DNA from: Oikopleura dioica
Lineage: Eukaryota > Animalia > Chordata
Reading direction: 5' to 3'
Length of the DNA: 64,000 nt
Assembly: GCA_907165135.1 (NCBI GenBank)
Contig: OU015566.1
Span: forward strand, 1,302,001 to 1,366,000
Positions 23,100 to 34,180 of this stretch are shown in pieces. The position numbers were made by a program, and so were the translations under genes. Under the pieces are notes generated by a model. That model saw only the letters and a list, made by a program, of their open reading frames with translations, was not told the origin of the DNA and did not search any database. The first letter of the stretch is position 1, and each line of letters begins with the position of its first letter.

Positions 23100-26000
23100 A
23101 TGGGGCGTAAAGATTATCGAAAAGCGGACACAATCGTCAAAGGCCCCGGAAAAGCCGCGAAAAGACAGCAAGATCTTGGTATCTCCAAGAAGGCGACCCC
23201 AGTTTCGTCTCGAAGACAGAAGAAGAAGCAAAAAGCTCTTTTAGGTGAGTCAAAATATTTGAAAAACGGTTTCTCCATTAGAATGAAAAAACGAACAAGA
23301 CCTAACTTTACTATTAAGCGCTGGAAGAAGAAACAAAAAATGAAGAAATCGCCCAAAAGATTGAAGAAACTCCTGAAGACGAAATCGTAGCCGACGAAAA
23401 GATGCTTTTCGACGATGATTCTGGAGATGAGGAGATGCCAGACGATTTCGGAGTTGGATCGGATGATTCCGACGAGGATCTCGATGATGATCCAAAAGAC
23501 GATGATGAAGAAGATGACGACGAGAACCTGGAGAATAATTTGGAAGAAGTCGAAAAGGTACAAAGTTAGGGTTCAGCCGTTGACTTATCCTGGCAACTTG
23601 TAGTTCGTTCTTCCGTCCGGCCAAGAAATCGAAAAAGAAAAGTCAGCTCCTCTAGACGTCGCCATCATCAAGAGCAGAATCGAAGAAAACATTGCGGCGC
23701 TCAAGAACTTCAAGGAAAAACGTGAAGATGGAAAAACGCGAGGAGAGTATTTGGAGCTTCTCAGAAGTGACATCAAGTACTACTATGGATACAACGACTA
23801 CTTGTGCGAGCGATTTACGGAGCTGATTCCGCTCGATCAGCTGGTGTCGTTCTTCGAAGCGAATGAGGTTCACAGACCTGTAACTATCAGGAAAGGGATG
23901 AAGAGAACGTTCTATGGGGTGTAGGGCTGCTGATAGGGAAACTTTGCTGTTTTTGACTAGTCTTTTAAATAGTATATACTGGACATACGCTGAACTCAGG
24001 GCTAAGTTTCGCTTGTTTTCATCCTTTGAAAGAACAAATACGCTGAAATGTCGCCGTCGAGAGTTAGCGCAGGCGCTGATCAACCGAGGCGTCAACCTTG
24101 ATCCTGTTGGAAAGTGGTCAAAAGTTGGTCTCGTCATCTACGACTCCGCCGTTCCTATCGGTGCGACGCCCGAGTACCTCGCCGGTCATTACATGTTACA
24201 GGTAAGCGCCACTTTAAGATCAGCACTTCAAGTTTATAGTCCGCATCTTCGTTTCTCCCCGTCATGGCCCTCGCCCCACAAGAAGGCGAAAAAGTACTGG
24301 ACATGTGCGCTGCGCCAGGAGGCAAAACGACTTACATTTCCCAGCTGATGAAAAATACAGGAATGGTCCTCGCCAACGACAAGAACAAACTCCGAATGAA
24401 AGCCTTGGTCGCGAATGCTCATCGTCTTGGTTGTTCGAATGTAGCCACTTGCAACTATGATGGAAGGAGTTTCCCGACGATTCAAGGCGGTTTTGATCGG
24501 GTTATTTGCGGTAAGTTGATTTAACAGGGCCGTCAACTACCGATATTTGCCTTTTAGATGCTCCTTGTGCTGGTACAGGCGTGATCGCTAAGGATCCAAG
24601 CGCGAAATTATCGAAAGAAGACAAGGATGTCCGAAGAATCGTTCATATCCAAAAAGGTACCGGCGCATTATCTCTTGTCGCTTAATATTTCGGCTCTAGA
24701 ACTCCTCCTGGCGGCGATAGATTCAGTCGATGCAAAGAGCAAGACCGGTGGGTACATCATCTACTGTACCTGCTCCCTGTTGGTCGAGGAGAACGAATGG
24801 GTGGTCGACTACGGGCTCAAGAATCGAAACGTAAAGTTGGTCGACACCGGACTCGATCTTGGCGAAGAAGGTTTCACGAAATACAGGTAAAATCGGCTTG
24901 AGGGGGTTCGAGCTTATCATTTATTTTAGACAATGGCGATTTCATCCTTCGATGAATCTGACAAAGCGTTACTATCCGCACATCAACAACATGGACGGCT
25001 TCTTCATCGCCAAGTTCAAAAAGACGTCGAATGATATTCCAGAAAAGAAGGCCAAGCCCGGCAAGAATGATACTGTTCCTGGAGATGGTAAGAAATCACT
25101 CGTATTCAACACTAAAATGAACTAGAAAACGATTACGAAACAATGTCCGACGACGGGGAAAAGACTTCCGATCGCGATTCTGGAGCCGAAGTTGATGAGG
25201 AGGAAGCTGCTCCTGCTCAATCTTCCCAGCGAAAGAAAAAAGGCCTCAAGACGAAGAAAGGGCAGCTGTTAGTCAGGTCGAGCAATAAAGCTCCCGTGAC
25301 GAAGCCAAAAGAGCAAAAGAAAAAGCCGGAGAGAGAAGAAGTCGCGAAAAAGAACGAATCGAAGCCAAAGAAGGAGAAGGAAACAGAGGTGAAGAAATCT
25401 AAACAGAAAGAAGTGGAAGCGAAGGAATTGAAGAAGGAGGAGGAAAAGGCGGCTGAAAGTATGGAAGTTGATGGAGAAAACAGTGAAAATAAGGACCGTT
25501 TGCATCTTTGAAATTTAATCAAAAACCAAGAAAAGTTGCTCTGGAATAGTTTTAACAGGTTTTTTTTAACGTTGCACCATTTTTGTGGAGCGCTTTTCAG
25601 TGGGTTAGAGTTGAGATATTTTGGTTATCTCTTTTGCAGCATGTAGGGGACGGTCTGTAGTATGTTAAATAAGCTTTTTGTGTCGGTAGCATTACTGGTG
25701 GTGGAGTAATGACGTCATTCATTGGGAATTCGCGGCAAAGCGCGAATGGTGGGAGAAAATTTGAAAAGTCCTTAAAAGCACCAGATATGTTTTTTATCAT
25801 ACAGGGATGTTTCCTACATGTATGCGAAATAATCCTGATAGTTTTTGGTGCCAGCACCAAGGTTGGTGCTAGAGTAATGACGTCATCAAGATTTTTTCCT
25901 ATGATTTTAGTGTATTTTGGATGTCGTGATTACTCCACCACCAGTGATGGTGCCGACACCAAAAGCTTATTTAACATACTACAGACCCTCCCAATTAAGG

Positions 26001-26330
26001 TCCAAAAGAGAAAATTGAAATATCTTGAATCTAACACCATCAAAAACGCTCCACCAATTATGTGCAACGTTAAAAAAAACCTGTTTTTTTCATGTGTAAC
26101 TTGAATTGCAAACCAAGAAAAGACAGAAACTCAAAAGAAAGGCCGCGGCGGAAAGCGCAACAAAAACGGCTGGCAAGACGTTTCCAACATGACAGAAGCT
26201 CAAAAGAATAAATACTTCCGTTCGAGAGCTATCCGAAAGTTCGCCAGAGTAAGACATTCAGCTTTTTCGCCCATTTTACGATTTTTTAGCTGAAAGCCGA
26301 AAAGAATAAGCAAAAGAAGAAATCCAAGTA
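23100..26330 (+). CDS. NOP2: rRNA m5C methyltransferase NOP2/NSUN1 (Lys-rich last exons at ~26110-26330 inferred)
   Basis: [75 protein letters not shown]. Confidence 0.95.
25553..26090. mobile_element. ~540-bp foldback element with long inverted arms, probably in a 3' intron of NOP2
   Basis: The arm caggttttttttaacgttgcac...ggtctgtagtatgttaaataagcttt...ctggtggtggagtaat is mirrored at ~25925-26090. Confidence 0.8.
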
Positions 26331-26533
26331 ATTGCTGCCAAAAAGCTTTGTTCACCTGCTCTGTAATTATTTGTTTCACACTGAAAGAAACCGAAAGTGA
26401 CAACGAACTAATAAATTTTCTTGAAAGAGATATGTCCGAAAATTTTCTTGCCAAATGGATATTTTCAGGTGCAACTTTTATTTCAACGAAATTATTCATT
26501 CAATTTGATTACTTGACTCTGACTCCTCTTCGA

Positions 26534-27315
26534 TTAACCTAAGAAGATCGAACTGAAAACTATAAGACATACAAAAAGATAAAACACAACGAGGAAGATT
26601 TTTAAACATTTCGGCATCGGTTCTTTCTTTTCTTCGTCGAGATAGGCATTGGGCTCGGCAGCCTGTGTAGAAAACCTTAGCCAGAATCTGAATGATCTAA
26701 TAAAAATACCCAAAGTGTCTGTAGTCACAAATCTATTGAAGGTGTTATTTGGGCGTCTTTTTTTTTTGAGGGATCTTTCAGATCATGGCTCAGGTTTTCT
26801 ACTCAGGTCGCTGAGCCCAGGATAACCAGGAATTGTATTGCTTCGACCAGTATCTTTGTAACCTAGAATGATATGTCCATCAAAGTTGTCAATTGTTATT
26901 CTTAGTTTATGATCATTTTACCTGTCTTTTTTTCTCTGGAGTCTGTATTTTGAGGAAACTTACCAGGGATTTCTTTTGATTCAGGAGCAAAGGATTTTGA
27001 CGCTTTTTCTTCGGCCCCAGAAAAGGTTGATTTACTGATAGTTAGAAATCGCTTTTTCTTGAGAATTGGTTCTGGAGAAACTCTATTTTCAATCGGGACA
27101 TGAATGGGTCCAGAATCAGGGAAACTTGTATTCGAAGCTTTCTCAGACTGATGTGGAGCTGGAACATCAGCTGAAAAATTGTTTGTTGGGGAGTGTAATG
27201 AAGACATAGGATTTGAAGCAGCTTGGTCGCTGAAGTAATATCCTGTCATGCTTGGTTGAGAAGAGTATGCGCTCCAGGGGTCGTCTTTTGGCTTTTCCTC
27301 CTGAGAGTTTGACAT
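26534..27315 (-). CDS. Ser/Pro-rich protein with a C-terminal TM anchor, carrying a MITE at a coding position
   Basis: MSNSQEEKPKDDPW...; terminal IFLVVFYLFVCLIVFSSIFLG*. Confidence 0.55.
26651..26818. mobile_element. Palindromic MITE family A (TIR GGGCTCGGCAACCTG-AGTAGAAAACCTGAG)
   Basis: gggctcggcagcctgtgtagaaaacct ... caggttttctactcaggtcgctgagccc. Related copies at ~21630-21775, 22180-22322, 32080-32170, 34505-34746, 57865-58070 and 59685-59718. Confidence 0.8.
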
Positions 27316-27671
27316 CGTATAAACTAATATTCTCGACCATGAGTAAATAGAGACTGAATGAGGCTCTAGAAATCCCAAAAGAAATGCCCAACGATGCACT
27401 TTTTATCAACAGACAATCATAATTATTACAAGTCCACTAACGAGTTCGCTTATTGGCCGCGGACTAAACACTGACCTTTCGAGTTGTGTAATCCGCATGT
27501 CCCGTGAATTTGTTTACTTGGTATACAGAATCTTCTACCTTTGGGCCGTCCAAATAACGCGCCATAATATTTTCAAAATTCCAGTCACACAAAGCGGTTT
27601 TTTGACAAATCAACTTTCGAACAAAAGATTTGCTTCAATTCAAATTGAAAAGAAAGAGAGAAATTAAGAAG

Positions 27672-28872
27672 ATGGAAGGAAAGTGCCGAGACGCGCAGAA
27701 CAACGACTGGAAACCAGTTGGTAAAAATCAGCAAAATTGAAATTTTGGTCCACAAATTTTTTTAAGTCAAATATGAAAATGTTGGCCCAGCGGAGTTTTT
27801 TGACCCGAAAGACTTTTGCAAGGGCGAATACAAACGAGTGACAAAAGAAGAAGCCCTCGCCGGCGCCCCTTGCCGAGTCTATGCCGATGGCGTTTACGAC
27901 GTCTTCCATGCTGGTCACGCCAGGCAATTGATGCAAGCGAAAAATTACTTTCCGAATGTGACGCTGATCGTTGGAGTTTCAAACGATGGGCTTGTTCACA
28001 AATTCAAAGGCAATCGAGTTCAAAATCGTCAATTTTTTCGAACTCAAAGTTGAACTCAGCATTTGAACTCGTCAAAAAGGCCAGACTGTTTGTACAGACG
28101 AGGAAAGATACGAAGCAATTAGACATTGTAAATATGTTGATATTGTCCTGCCCGACGCTCCGTGGACTTATTCAAAAGGTAGTTTTTCAACTTTTTCGCT
28201 CCATAAAATTTCGTCTCTAGAATTCTTCGACAAGCACAAAATCGACTTTATCGCCCATGATGAAGCTCCTTACACTCTTGGTGGCCAAGACGGTAATCTT
28301 TTTCTTCGCTTTTTCTGTCCTCTTCTACGTTCTCTTTAGATTCGTATGCATTGCCAAAGAGTCTCAACATGTTCTGCCCAACTGAACGAACCGAAGGAAT
28401 CAGTACGAGCGATATGATCACCAGAGTCGTGAAAAACTACGATGGATACATCAGAAGAAATCTTTCCAGAGGATACAATAGGAGGGAACTCAATGTTGGC
28501 CCTGTCCATTCTGGTAGAAAATTTAACTCTTTTCGACTAAAATGGTCTTTTTCTAGCGAGGCTGAAGACAGAAAATGTCATCAAAGAAGCAATCGAGCAA
28601 ACTAAAGAGGTCGGGAAAATTATCATCATCGTCGATTTTCTAATGATTCTAGATTTACACGAATTTTAAAGAAGCTCAAGTGAACAGAATCAGAAGTTTC
28701 CTCGAAATCTACGTTCCGCATGTGCCAGATTTTGTTACAAAAGGACTTGACGCCATCAGCCCTCAAGGTTCACCCCCAGGTTCACCGAGAAGGTAAAATT
28801 TCCCCTGTTTGTTTTTTAACAATTTCGTCTAGAATGTCAGTCTCAGAAGATGCCTCGAACGAAGAGGAATAA
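27672..28872 (+). CDS. PCYT1: Choline-phosphate cytidylyltransferase (CCT/PCYT1)
   Basis: [55 protein letters not shown]. One GC-AG intron at 28010-28079. Confidence 0.95.
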
Positions 28873-28899
28873 TCATTATTATTTAAGCAAAAGAAATAA

Positions 28900-30340
28900 A
28901 ATCCTCAATTTCGAATGATTTTCTTTTATTCGGGTTTTGCTGATTTTTTCTCTTTATCTCTTCTCGATTTCTCCGCCTTGGCTCTTTCAAGCTCCTTTTC
29001 TTTCTGTTTGATTCTTTCCGACCGATTTCGCAAAAACCAGCAAATAATCACGATCGCTCCAAAGATAAAGAGACCCGTCAAAGTTCCATAACCGATATTT
29101 CTAAGGAAAAATAATGCTTCAAGCTGTTAAAAAAGATATTTACCTAAGGGTGTCTTTTGAAAAAGCTGCTTTTCGCTTTGGCAAATTTTCAGCAGTTTCA
29201 TTTTTAACTGGAACGTAGTAAAGAAAATAATCGCCGCCGCAGCATTCGAAAAAGCCGATATTGCCGACTTCTGGAAGAGTTTCTTCGGAATTTTCGTTGA
29301 AACACTTGAAGTGAACCGGATAATCTATCAAGATATCAATCAAAAATTAGAAGAGTCTCAGATCTACCTTGAGAAAATGTCCATCTTTCCGAATCGAGGT
29401 CGAGGGAGAAGCAATTTTCACATCTATTGACCTCTTGGCAGCCGGCTACTGTGCACTTTTTCCAACGAATTTGACCCTTTTGAGTTCTATCGCAAGTTGC
29501 AAGCGTATCATTCATATTTCTAATAACGGTGTCAATGTGATACGAACATATATTATATTATATTATATTATATTATATTAACATGTTTAAATCACCTATT
29601 TTCCATTCGGTCTTCGCCATAAGTGTTAATTTTATGAATCGTTTTCTCGATCATCTCATATTTTGGAAAAATCATCAGTTCTGACATTTTCTCTTGAAAT
29701 CAAGGAAGAGAAAGATCTTGATCAAATTTGCGAAAACCTATTTCTCTCGTTTGGAAAATGACTTTGCTCGATCGTAAACATTCTCAGACCTCACCAGGCG
29801 CGACTATAAAGAGGCCCCCTCTGTCTCATCGGCTCCAATTACTCTTTGAAAAATTTAATGAGCCAGGACCAGGCGATTTTCGGAAATTATTCAAAACCTC
29901 CGGCTAGAAGGAATTTCAGGATCTTGTTTTGAAAATTGCTTCTGTCAGCGCTTTTTTGAAGAATGATCATGACAGATGGGCGACGGATGAAAATTGAGTT
30001 AGTGAGGGATCAACGATTCTATTCAAAATCAATAGCAGTATATCTTAGAATAAGGAAAAATGAGACTTACAAAGCAAAGCCTTTATTTCTAATAATAAGA
30101 TTAATATACTTGTCGCAAGTTTTTTCAAGATTGAGAAATGAATTCGACTCCGGATTTGCCATCAACTTTGCATATTGCTCGTTGTTTGAGAGAAGTCCTT
30201 AACATAAGGAACAGGGACACAGCAGAAAAGACATAATTACCTTTCATGCAATTTGTGTAGATGATATTCAAATCGTAAATCGTTATTGGCTTCCCAAAAG
30301 CAGAAAATACAAAGTTTAAAATCAGCAATGTGATCTTCAT
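28900..30340 (-). CDS. Hypothetical secreted or type I membrane protein(s); exon linkage uncertain
   Basis: Signal MKITLLILNFVFSAFG at 30340; Cys-containing exons; TM GTLTGLFIFGAIVIICWFL followed by a basic tail near 29050. Confidence 0.4.
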
Positions 30341-31230
30341 TCTAGATTGCTCTATTTTATTAGCCCTATTTATACTCAGACGGCTTCATGAAATAATTAT
30401 TCGATAATATTTTGAGTAAAGGCCTTGCTTAGATTTGTGGAATTATTTTTATTCGCGAGAAAAACAAGGATATTGACAACCCCGCATTTCTTTTGAAGAA
30501 CGATTTTCGACCAAGAAAAATCAATATTTTTGCAAAAATTAGGGCAAATGCGATTTTGGGGGTGAAGGAGTCGCAATAAACCCCCGAAAAATGCAGCCTC
30601 AAATTCATTTTTTGACCCGCATAATCCATTTCCGGGGTCAAAATTTTAAAATTCCGAAATTTGATTTTAAGAAAAAAGCTGACGGGGGTCCTTAATAAGT
30701 AATTTCAAATTAATTTTTTCAAACTAATTTGTCTAGGTAATATCATATCCTATCACAAGGAGAAAATTCATCCTCGTATTTTCGCAAAAGAAAATTGTCC
30801 CCTAGCTCGTAAATTCTTGAGCTTAGAGCAAATTCTCCTAGTGACCGCGCACAACCGTCTAGAAGCAATGCTACTAAGTCAAATAAGGCCCCTGAGAACG
30901 GACAGCTACTCCTACTACCATCACTTTTGGTCATTTATGTTTTTCAAAGAGACACAATTTAAATTTCAGCTTTTATGGAAGTCGAAAATCAGCTAAAAAT
31001 TGACGATTTTTTACTTGTACGATTTCCCATTTTTCCCGTTTTAATTTTTTTCTAGAGCGTTTTTGAAGAAGAACCCACTGCGAAAAACCCGTATATTCTC
31101 GCTTCGAAAAGCAAAAAACTATTCATTAATCGCCATAGATGCCGAAAAACAGAGAAAACAGTCGAAAATGCGAAAGAAAGCGTTTTAGTTTGGAAAGAAT
31201 TCATGGCGGAAGCAGATCAGATTTGCCACA

Positions 31231-32914
31231 ATGAAGCGTATGATTTTGTTTTTGGGCATCTTTTTGGGGACGAGTTTTATTCGGATGGAATGGTGGGCGA
31301 TTTTCTGTTCGAATTTGAAGAAACAAGGTAAAAAATAAGTCGAAATCGGGGTTAAACCTATTTTTGGAAGTGATTTTATGGATCAAGATTCTGATTGGCC
31401 AGTAGACAAAATACAGCAATCTTATTGGTTATCCAAAAATACATTTCCATAAATTGGTTAAGTCCGGAACTTGAGCTCTTTTCCAGCTAAGCTTGTCAAA
31501 AAACGCTTTTTAGCGAAGAAAAACTTGAAATTTCAACGCGAAAATCTTCGCCGCCGAAAATTTTGGTCAAAGACTTTTGGGAAGAGACGTTTGTTCTTCA
31601 TGCTTCCTTGGTCCAATTCGACCCTTCTCTTGTCCAATTCTCTCTTTGCTTCCATTCACTTATCAACAACGAAGAAAAACGATACTCTGGCGGCGAAAAC
31701 CGACACTTTCAAGTCTCCGCTCTTTTCCTTGATTCTAGCGGTGAAATTCTTTCCCTAAAATGGAAAACCATCAAACCAAAAGAAAAACTGATTTCCTTCC
31801 CGATCGAAAATCTGGACTCAGTCCATTCAATTGAGCTCAGACAAGGTCAGAATTTGCATTGAAAGAAGGTGAAATTTTATTTTCTAGCTTCCGTAAAATT
31901 GAATGGACCGGAAATAAGTTATGGACGATCAAACAAGATCTTTATTGATGGGCATTCAGAATTGCAAATAGCTGGAATAAAGATCGAAAAAGCAGACGAA
32001 GTTGTTAATGCTCATAAAAAGATTCAACTAAGGTCGGATTTTATTATTTTTTTTAGAATAATCTTGCCTCAAAAACCTGTTCAGATATCCTGACTCAGGG
32101 TTTTCGCGACGCGGCTTTTTTTAAAGCGTCGGGAAAGCCCTGACTCAGGTTTTTAACGCAGGTTTCCGACTCCCTGATCTTATAAAATCCATCAAAAGTT
32201 TCAGCAATTCAGCAAGGATACCCTTATTACCCAACCAATCCGACTCATTCACAGTCTTTGGAAGTTACAGTCAGCCAAATACAACATGTTCTCACTGTAG
32301 ATGTTCCTTGGCGAAGTCACATGACTTCATTTTCCAGTCAAATTCGAGCGAAAAATTTGTCGATTGGAAAATTGACGAAAAGAAGGAGCCAAAAGAGGTG
32401 TTTATTTGGTCATCAACCGGTCAAAATGGAAATGAAACGATTTGTGGACCGGTTCATAAGATGAAAATTGACTCAATCGCGCTGGAAATTACCATGGCTG
32501 GAATTTTCTTCTCAATTTTCATTCTTTCTGTCGCCATTTTCGCCTGGTAAGCGACGAAAAATTGGAAATTTCTTTTTCAAAGGAGGTTTTTTTCAGTCTG
32601 TTTCGCTACGTCAAAAAGGTCAAAAGAAAAACGAAGTGTCAAAAGCCGAAAATCATAATTTACGAAGACGATTGTCGAAAAATTCAAAAAGTACCATTCA
32701 TATCATTTTTTGAACTCCTTTTCTCATTTTTTTTCAGGATGAGAAAGAGTCAGAACTTCTGGATATTCTGCCGGAATCGTCGAATTTCATCCCGGTTAAT
32801 CTTCAGAAGCTGATTTGGGGAATGTCCTCCTCAGAATCTTCGCTGGAAGAAATCAGCTCACTTTCATCTCATTCTGCAAACAACGATTATGTTGATTTCA
32901 ATTTCGCCATGTGA
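31231..32914 (+). CDS. Type I membrane protein with beta-rich ectodomain and a cytoplasmic Tyr motif
   Basis: Signal-like MKRMILFLGIFLGTS; TM ITMAGIFFSIFILSVAIFAW; tail ends NNDYVDFNFAM*. Confidence 0.5.
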
Positions 32915-33232
32915 ATAAAATCAAAAACAAAAAACTTTTTTCTTCTTTGCTGACTTTTTTCCTTGAAATTTTGCGCGAAATTCCTCGTAAAGCGCTCCAC
33001 GATCGGGATAACCTCTGACCCCCCTTTTTGTTGCCCTGAGTTTGTTTTTGGGGACTTAGGGCCTTTCTGTTTGAAAAAGGTTGCATCAGTGATATTTGTC
33101 GCCACCGAGTGTTCATGCGTTGTCGAGTTCAATAAATACAGGGGAAAAATCAACAAAAATCAAGAAATTTTCCGATTTCAAAAGCTTTTTAGATAATAAA
33201 AAGCAAGAAAAAACTCCTTTCTTTCCATCAAC

Positions 33233-33749
33233 ATGAAACTTTTCGTCGCGATTATTGCTGCTTCTTATGTGAGTTTTACAAAAAAACACGGTCTCATTTT
33301 TATTTCAGGCTCAAGAAGGATCTGGCTCACCACTCGTGCCTTTTCCGATCCCGGTCGGTTCTTGCTTCACTTGCAACTCGATGACGTTGGATGAGTGCAA
33401 CCGAAACGGTCGCGTCGAACGGTGCATGGACAACGAGCAAGTCTGCGAAGTCGAGGTCCGCTCCCGCAACGGCAGCGTTCGAGAAATCATCATGGGCTGC
33501 AAGTGGGCCAACGCCTGCCAAGACAACAAGGTTCAAAACTTCGCGGGGCCAGATGGCGACCGGGAATTTGCCGAGTACCAATGCAAACCGTGGTCTTTGA
33601 ACAAACCGTCCGTCTGCCGACAATGCTGTAATGGAGACAAATACTGCGGGCTCAAAGTTCTCAGAGAAGGAAGAAACGGATACGGGCCAAGAACAATCCG
33701 CGGCTGGCAGGAAAATTTGGCCGAGTCTGAATATTTGGTCGAAGTTTAA
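33233..33749 (+). CDS. Small secreted Cys-rich protein (Ly6/three-finger-like spacing)
   Basis: MKLFVAIIAASY, an intron, then CFTC...C...C...CEVEVRSRNG...GCK...C...NFAG...C...CRQCC. Confidence 0.8.
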
Positions 33750-33852
33750 AACTTTTCTGTAATTTATAAAATCTGCTTTCAAATTGAATAAAATCCCGAA
33801 AAAAATCATTTCCCAAAAAAAATCCCGAAGAAAATCACGAAAAAATCGGGAT

Positions 33853-34000
33853 AGTGTCTGGAACCGACAAAAAAATTTCGACAAATTTTGCGTGGGCGGC
33901 TACTCGGCTGCTGATTGGTCGGTTTGCCGAATCCAGGTTTCGTATTCGTTGAAAATTTCCACGCAAATTTTGTCGAAATTTTTTTTCGGTTCCAGACACC
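33853..34000. mobile_element. Palindromic MITE family B (TIR GGTGTCTGGAACCGA); copies also at 35137-35284 and 42028-42174
   Basis: Three ~147-bp copies with gtgtctggaaccgacaaaaa ... cggttccagacacc and internal CCAATCAG-type motifs. Confidence 0.85.
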
Positions 34001-34180
34001 TCCCTAAAAAATCCCCGAAAAAAAATTCCGAAAAAAATCCCGAAAAAATATCATGTCCATTTTTAATTGAGAATCTTGTCGATCCCTTCCTTATTTGCGC
34101 AGTCTGACCTTCTGTAAATAAACAAGATTCAGTACTGCTCCAGAGTCTGGAGATGGCTCAAAAGAGAGAAAAACTAGAAA

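Noticed and set aside
23114-23624. Long antisense ORFs over NOP2, and similar ones over the lectin, transposase and mucin genes
   Set aside because: They are shadows of biased sense-strand coding sequence with no motifs of their own.
29545-29582. (ATATT)n tract
   Set aside because: An ordinary microsatellite.
30743-30934. 63-aa isolated ORF
   Set aside because: No motif and no supporting exon or splice context.
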